Source: Massalongia carnosa
Lineage: Eukaryota
Assembly: GCA_965645245.1 (NCBI GenBank)
Contig: OZ287079.1
Span: 682,001 to 746,000, forward strand
Length of the DNA: 64,000 bases
Reading direction: 5' to 3'
The translations under genes were made by a program, and so were the position numbers. Within the stretch, counting starts at the first letter, position 1. Every line of letters begins with the position of its first letter. Shown one piece after another: positions 59,337 to 64,000 of this stretch. A model generated the notes under the pieces. It ran no database searches. It saw only the letters and a program-made list of their open reading frames with translations, and was not told the origin of the DNA.

Positions 59337-61835
59337 AAGAGCCTTTATACTAGGAGACGACGCAGGTGCAGAGATTGGTCTTAGGGTTAGCAGTAATCGA
59401 GGCTGGCAATGCTAGCTTCCCCGTGTATCAGACGCTATTAGCTCTGTAAGATAGAGAGGAGAACAATTTGTAATCCACAGTCATTAAATTCTGCTTACAT
59501 CCAAGCAGGTCACGCTGGGAGTGTGGAAACCTCGATGAGATAAAAGCATCATGGAGACTGAGCACTTAGTAAAGTGGACTACCTCCCTTGGTCAAGCGTC
59601 CTAAATATGATACAGTCCATTAAGATCTACTAAGACAATCAGTAGTCGCGCAGATGCTTTTTTCCCGCCCTGATAATCTTATTACCTACAGGATTGAGCA
59701 GAAATAAGAACTTCTCGGGCCCAGATAAGGGACAGACGAAAATTTCTCTATATTGAGTGCAGGTACAACGACGGTGGCACTATGCACTGAATCCGAAGCT
59801 CCAGTCAAGGCATTGGTTCCAATGAGGCAATTAGTGTTTTCTAGGTATCTGTCTTGAACCCCTTTTCCCTTCTCATTTGTTCTTCCTGTTCTTCCATTCG
59901 CAGTTTGAATTCTCCCTGATTACCTCTTAGAAATCTTTGTTCTTGGAATTTGCCGCTTCTGTTTTTTGGTTTAAAAGTTAGTTATAGCTTGCTTTTTTTC
60001 TTTTTTTCTTTTAAAAAAAGAAACCTACATTCACCACCAACGGATCTATGTTGCATATTCTATAGTGCTCAGTTCAGATTGCAGGCGGTTCAATCCTCTA
60101 CAAGATATTATCTCTAGCAAGTCCATGGCTGTTGCGGCATTTGACTTTTCCACATTTAATGAACTATCGAAGGCAGCTCTTTAACATAAACAAGAAAGTT
60201 TTCGGTACAAAGGCGAACTAAGTCTTACACAGGGCTCACCAAATGTATCATGCTATAGCCGTGATGGCTTATGTCTCATCCATCAGTCCGCCCGCGGGTA
60301 GGTCTCTCCGAGTATTCGAAAAGAAGAAGTAAACCTTACCTTCGGCTCTTTTTCCCGATAACTTCCCAACTAAGATTCGCGTCAATACGCTCAAATATAT
60401 TTTTACCAATTTAAATTACCTATGGTTCACACATATGTCCAAAACTGGTTTTGGAAATTTCATATGCTGACGCTTGATCTACGTCGCCTCTGATCATATG
60501 ACTTTTTGCTTTTCACCAGTATAAGGATCATGTGCCTAAAGCCTCGCCATTGTGGCTTATTTTTTCGGTAGGGCTATCCTGCCTATCACAGTAGTAGGGC
60601 TGTGAAGCAGAGAAAACATGTTCTCGCGCATTAGATAGGTGCTGCATATCGAAGATTCAACTATACCATCAGCTAGACCTTGAAGCCTGGGAGACTTGCA
60701 GCTCTGCAGACGATGACAGACGTTTCAGTGAGGCTCAAAGAGTATATAAGAAAAACTTTAACTCTATACATAAGGCTTTAAGACAAAGATCTGTAAATTT
60801 CAATTAAGGCAAATGGTCTATGCCCTGGCACAAATCGAGAGGCACTAAGTATATATGGATGGACTGCTCCCGTCTCGGACTTGGGGGCCATCGAACATCC
60901 CCCTTAGAGCGAAAGGTAAGGTGATCGAAAACCCGTACCCGGACGTGCCTGTAGGGAATAGCTCCTAATGGAAGTAGCCATGACGCCATTCTACAAGTTG
61001 AGGGGTTTCAACGGGAGGATCTAGGCTTCGTCACTGATAGATGGGCATGTTGGCTGGAAACATGCCCCGGGGTGGAAATTGGGCAAGTTTGAACGGGCGT
61101 TGGATGTAGAAAATGCCCGTAATCACGAGTCATCTGCGAAAGAAACAGCCTTTGAATAACTGGCACCTCGGGGATAGGTGGAAATTTTCATGGGAATGGG
61201 AGTGACACCTGATCAGTCTTTGCTATAGCAACTACGTAGTTTGAAAATGCGACGCCATGTGGGTTCGATTACTTCTTACCACTACCACCTGGTGCTACCA
61301 AGGAGGAGCGTAATTATGGGTTTGATTTAGTTGTGAGGTCTCTTTAGGTTTTCCTATTGCGTATAGTTTCCCTAAAAACCCAGTAGGGGTTGAGGACGAT
61401 CCGATGCAATCTGCTCTGATAAATGCGACAGAGAAAATCGTCTCAGACATAAGCAATACTTTTGTACTTGATTGGTTGAGTCTTTTATAACTTAAGATTC
61501 AACGTATCGTTGCCCCTTAAACTTTCATGATGCCTAGCCCTACTGACTAGCCCTATAGATTAAGCCGGTATCCAGCCTGATCTAAGCCTTACTGGGTCTC
61601 AAGAGTGTTTAACCTTTGTCTTTAAGAGATCATGAGGGTATCACCTGATACGAGTCCGCCTTTCTCCTTATCCCTGTACATCCCGTGTCCCGCCTCTAGT
61701 ATATGAAGATTAGCTATTCGCCCATCATGCTGCTTCAAGTTGCAAAGTACCTTGCACCACGCGAGGAGCTTCTTGCTCTCAAAACCCCTACAAAAACCTC
61801 AGATCCACCGCATCTGGGGTTCTCAGCATCAAGTT

Positions 61836-64000
61836 ATGGCCCGCCCTAACCATAGGAAACAAAACAGCATGACTCTGAGGCCGAAAGACCAGGAAATGGG
61901 ATTTCAAGAGTCCGAAATTCGTCTTCCTGGAATCAATACTCTGGGTTTGACTCCGACTGAGCAAAACGCTTTGTTCCCCAATGCCCTGAGGGAATCTTGC
62001 TAGTAGGTTGTTTCGTTCTGGTTCGTGATTCGTAGCCTTTCCTGCGTTGGCTAACAAGATTTGGCTGTCGGTAGTGGAGAACTCCACACTCAAAGGGAAT
62101 ACGCCATGGTAGACATCATGAGCAACATCACCGATAAAGAGAATTGGGACGAGAAGGTATTTAACAAGGAGATCATCCAAAAATGGAGAGCCGAGCTCAA
62201 GGGGCCCTCAAAAGAGGAATTAATCATAAAGATGACAAATAAGCCAACCGCTGCTGAACAAGCAGAGAAAAATAAGGATAAAGACGGAGATAGCAAGGGT
62301 GACGAAAAGGCAGATGAACCGGAAGATAAAGAGGATGAAGAGGACGAAATATCGGAGAAAATGATGGACTGGGTAGGTTATCGAAAATTCACATAATTCT
62401 TACGGGAGCTTTCTCATAGAGATTTTGCTGATAAAAATACCTTGCACTTTTATTTCTTTTGCCTTTACTTGATCTGTAGTTAGCTAAGTTCTTGCTCATA
62501 AATTACTGATGGTAAACAGTGCATTGCCGAGCTTCAATACAAGGCGAGGCTTTTCAAAGAGATCAACTGTGTTGAAGGTCCCGATGGCATCTTCAAGTCT
62601 GACACCATTATACCGAATGAGCTTAGAGAGGCTTTGATACAGACTGCTGCGCCGTTGGAAAATATTCCAGAACGGTCAAAGGATTGGCATCCGGGTTCTA
62701 ATGAACAGGTGCTTGATTTGGTTCATCCTTCGTTGTATCCACTTGTTTATGGCCAATCAAAAATCCTTGTCGATAAAGTTCTCAGCCTGGACGACTGTTT
62801 AGGGCGATGTGGAGATGGAGAGACACTCCCCAGACCTTCCATTATAGAACCGCAAGGAGCAGAAACGTATGAGAGTATGATACCCGGTGCTTGGTCGACT
62901 CGATTCCAGTGGCTGCCCAGCGACTTTGCAGTTCCATTAGGAGTAAATGATGTCAAGTAAGTGTGAACGGAAGCTTGTTTCCTGCCCCTCTCTTCTTCAT
63001 TAACTGATGGTTGCGCAAGGATCATGAGTTATATCAACAATTTGCATCCACATGCTCATAAGGACCTCTACTCCGTTGTTGAGCAGATCGTCTCTAAAGC
63101 TATTCCAGTTTGGAATCATACCTTGTCGCCCCTGAAAGCGCGATATAAAGTTCCCGTAAGAGTACAGATGAAGGGGTATGGCTATGAAGGCTATGAGGAT
63201 GATTGGCATGAGCTTGAAATGGAAGAGGATGAAGATGAAAACGATTATGAGGATAGATTGGGCGCGTGGAAAGAATCTCGACGCATCATCCAGCCAGAGC
63301 CTGAGGAGTTTAAGCCGCCTATGGAAAGACTTCACGCACTCTATGAGAACCTGAAGCCCGAAGACACCCCATTGGTGGATCTTAGAAAAGACTTTGGGAA
63401 GCTGCAAATTATTGTCAAACTCGCCAATATCCATCTTACCCCGGAAAACCCCACCTATCCTGGGGGCTCTTGGCATATTGAGGGACAGCTCAATGAAAAT
63501 ATGTAAGCTTCCTCGTTAGATTAGTGAATTGATGAATTTTCGCTAATGATCATGTTCTAGATGTGCTACCGCCTTATACTACTATGATACTGAAAACATT
63601 ATTGGTAGCGCGCTCTCCTTTCGCCAGCAAACAGACCCCAATCCAGTCCTTACGTACCCGCAAGACGACCATCGAGCGGTGGAAACGATATTTAATATCG
63701 ATGCCGAGGGTTCGTCTATTCAAAACTTAGGTGATGTGGCTACTAGGGTACCTATCTTCCTTGAATAACGACTGGTTTGTGGAGTTGACTGACATCTCTC
63801 AAGGAGGGACGGCTCTTGGCCTTTCCCAACGTAACTAATTTCTACTCTTGAGCTATGATGTGCGCTTACTTGCGAACAGATCTTTCAACACTGTGTCTCG
63901 GAATTCCGCCTTGCCGACCCTTCCAAGCCCGGCCATCGCAAGATCCTTGCCCTGTTCTTGATCGACCCGCATTACCGTATTATCAGCACCGCTAATATCC
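61836..64000 (+). CDS. DUF4246/DUF1665-like protein (multi-exon, runs off the 3' end of the window)
   Basis: ITDKENW, DWHPGSNEQVLDLVHPSLYPLVYG, FQWLP, SYINNLHP, LQIIVKLANIHLTP, GSWHIEGQLNE and PGHRKILALFLIDP. Confidence 0.85.

Noticed and set aside
61998..62075. Apparent premature stop in the DUF4246-like gene
   Set aside because: A GTAGGT..CTAAC..TAG intron (62003-62074) removes it and restores the frame
1..64000. CRISPR arrays, rRNA, tRNA, or a Starship captain (tyrosine recombinase)
   Set aside because: None recognisable by eye; the DNA is eukaryotic and shows no repeat-spacer array or DUF3435-like ORF. A tRNAscan/Infernal run would be needed to exclude small RNAs

Overview
Intron-rich genomic DNA from a filamentous ascomycete (Pezizomycotina; GT-AG introns with CTRAC branch sites). 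The conserved genes are YVC1 (partial), SPF1, GLN4, a MacroD-type macrodomain protein, SPO71, IMP2, GLTP/het-c2, a SWI6/cdc10-like APSES-ankyrin factor, an LYR-like protein and a partial DUF4246-like gene. Mobile DNA comprises a hAT-type MITE, two head-to-head Tc1 (DD34E) half-elements that formed a ~3.1-kb palindrome later split by a Tad1-like LINE, a full-length Ty3/Gypsy chromovirus, and an internally deleted pogo element carrying a second LINE fragment. Two things stand out. (1) A divergently transcribed pair of secreted, putative peptidoglycan-degrading enzymes (a GH24 phage-type lysozyme and an LAS-type Zn-peptidase-like protein) that share a highly similar Cys-rich N-terminal module: a candidate two-gene antibacterial locus. 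(2) The palindromic double-Tc1 element, plus scattered TACAGAGTA/TACTCTGTA motifs that match its expected excision footprint. Products were assigned by motif recognition only and no database searches were run.
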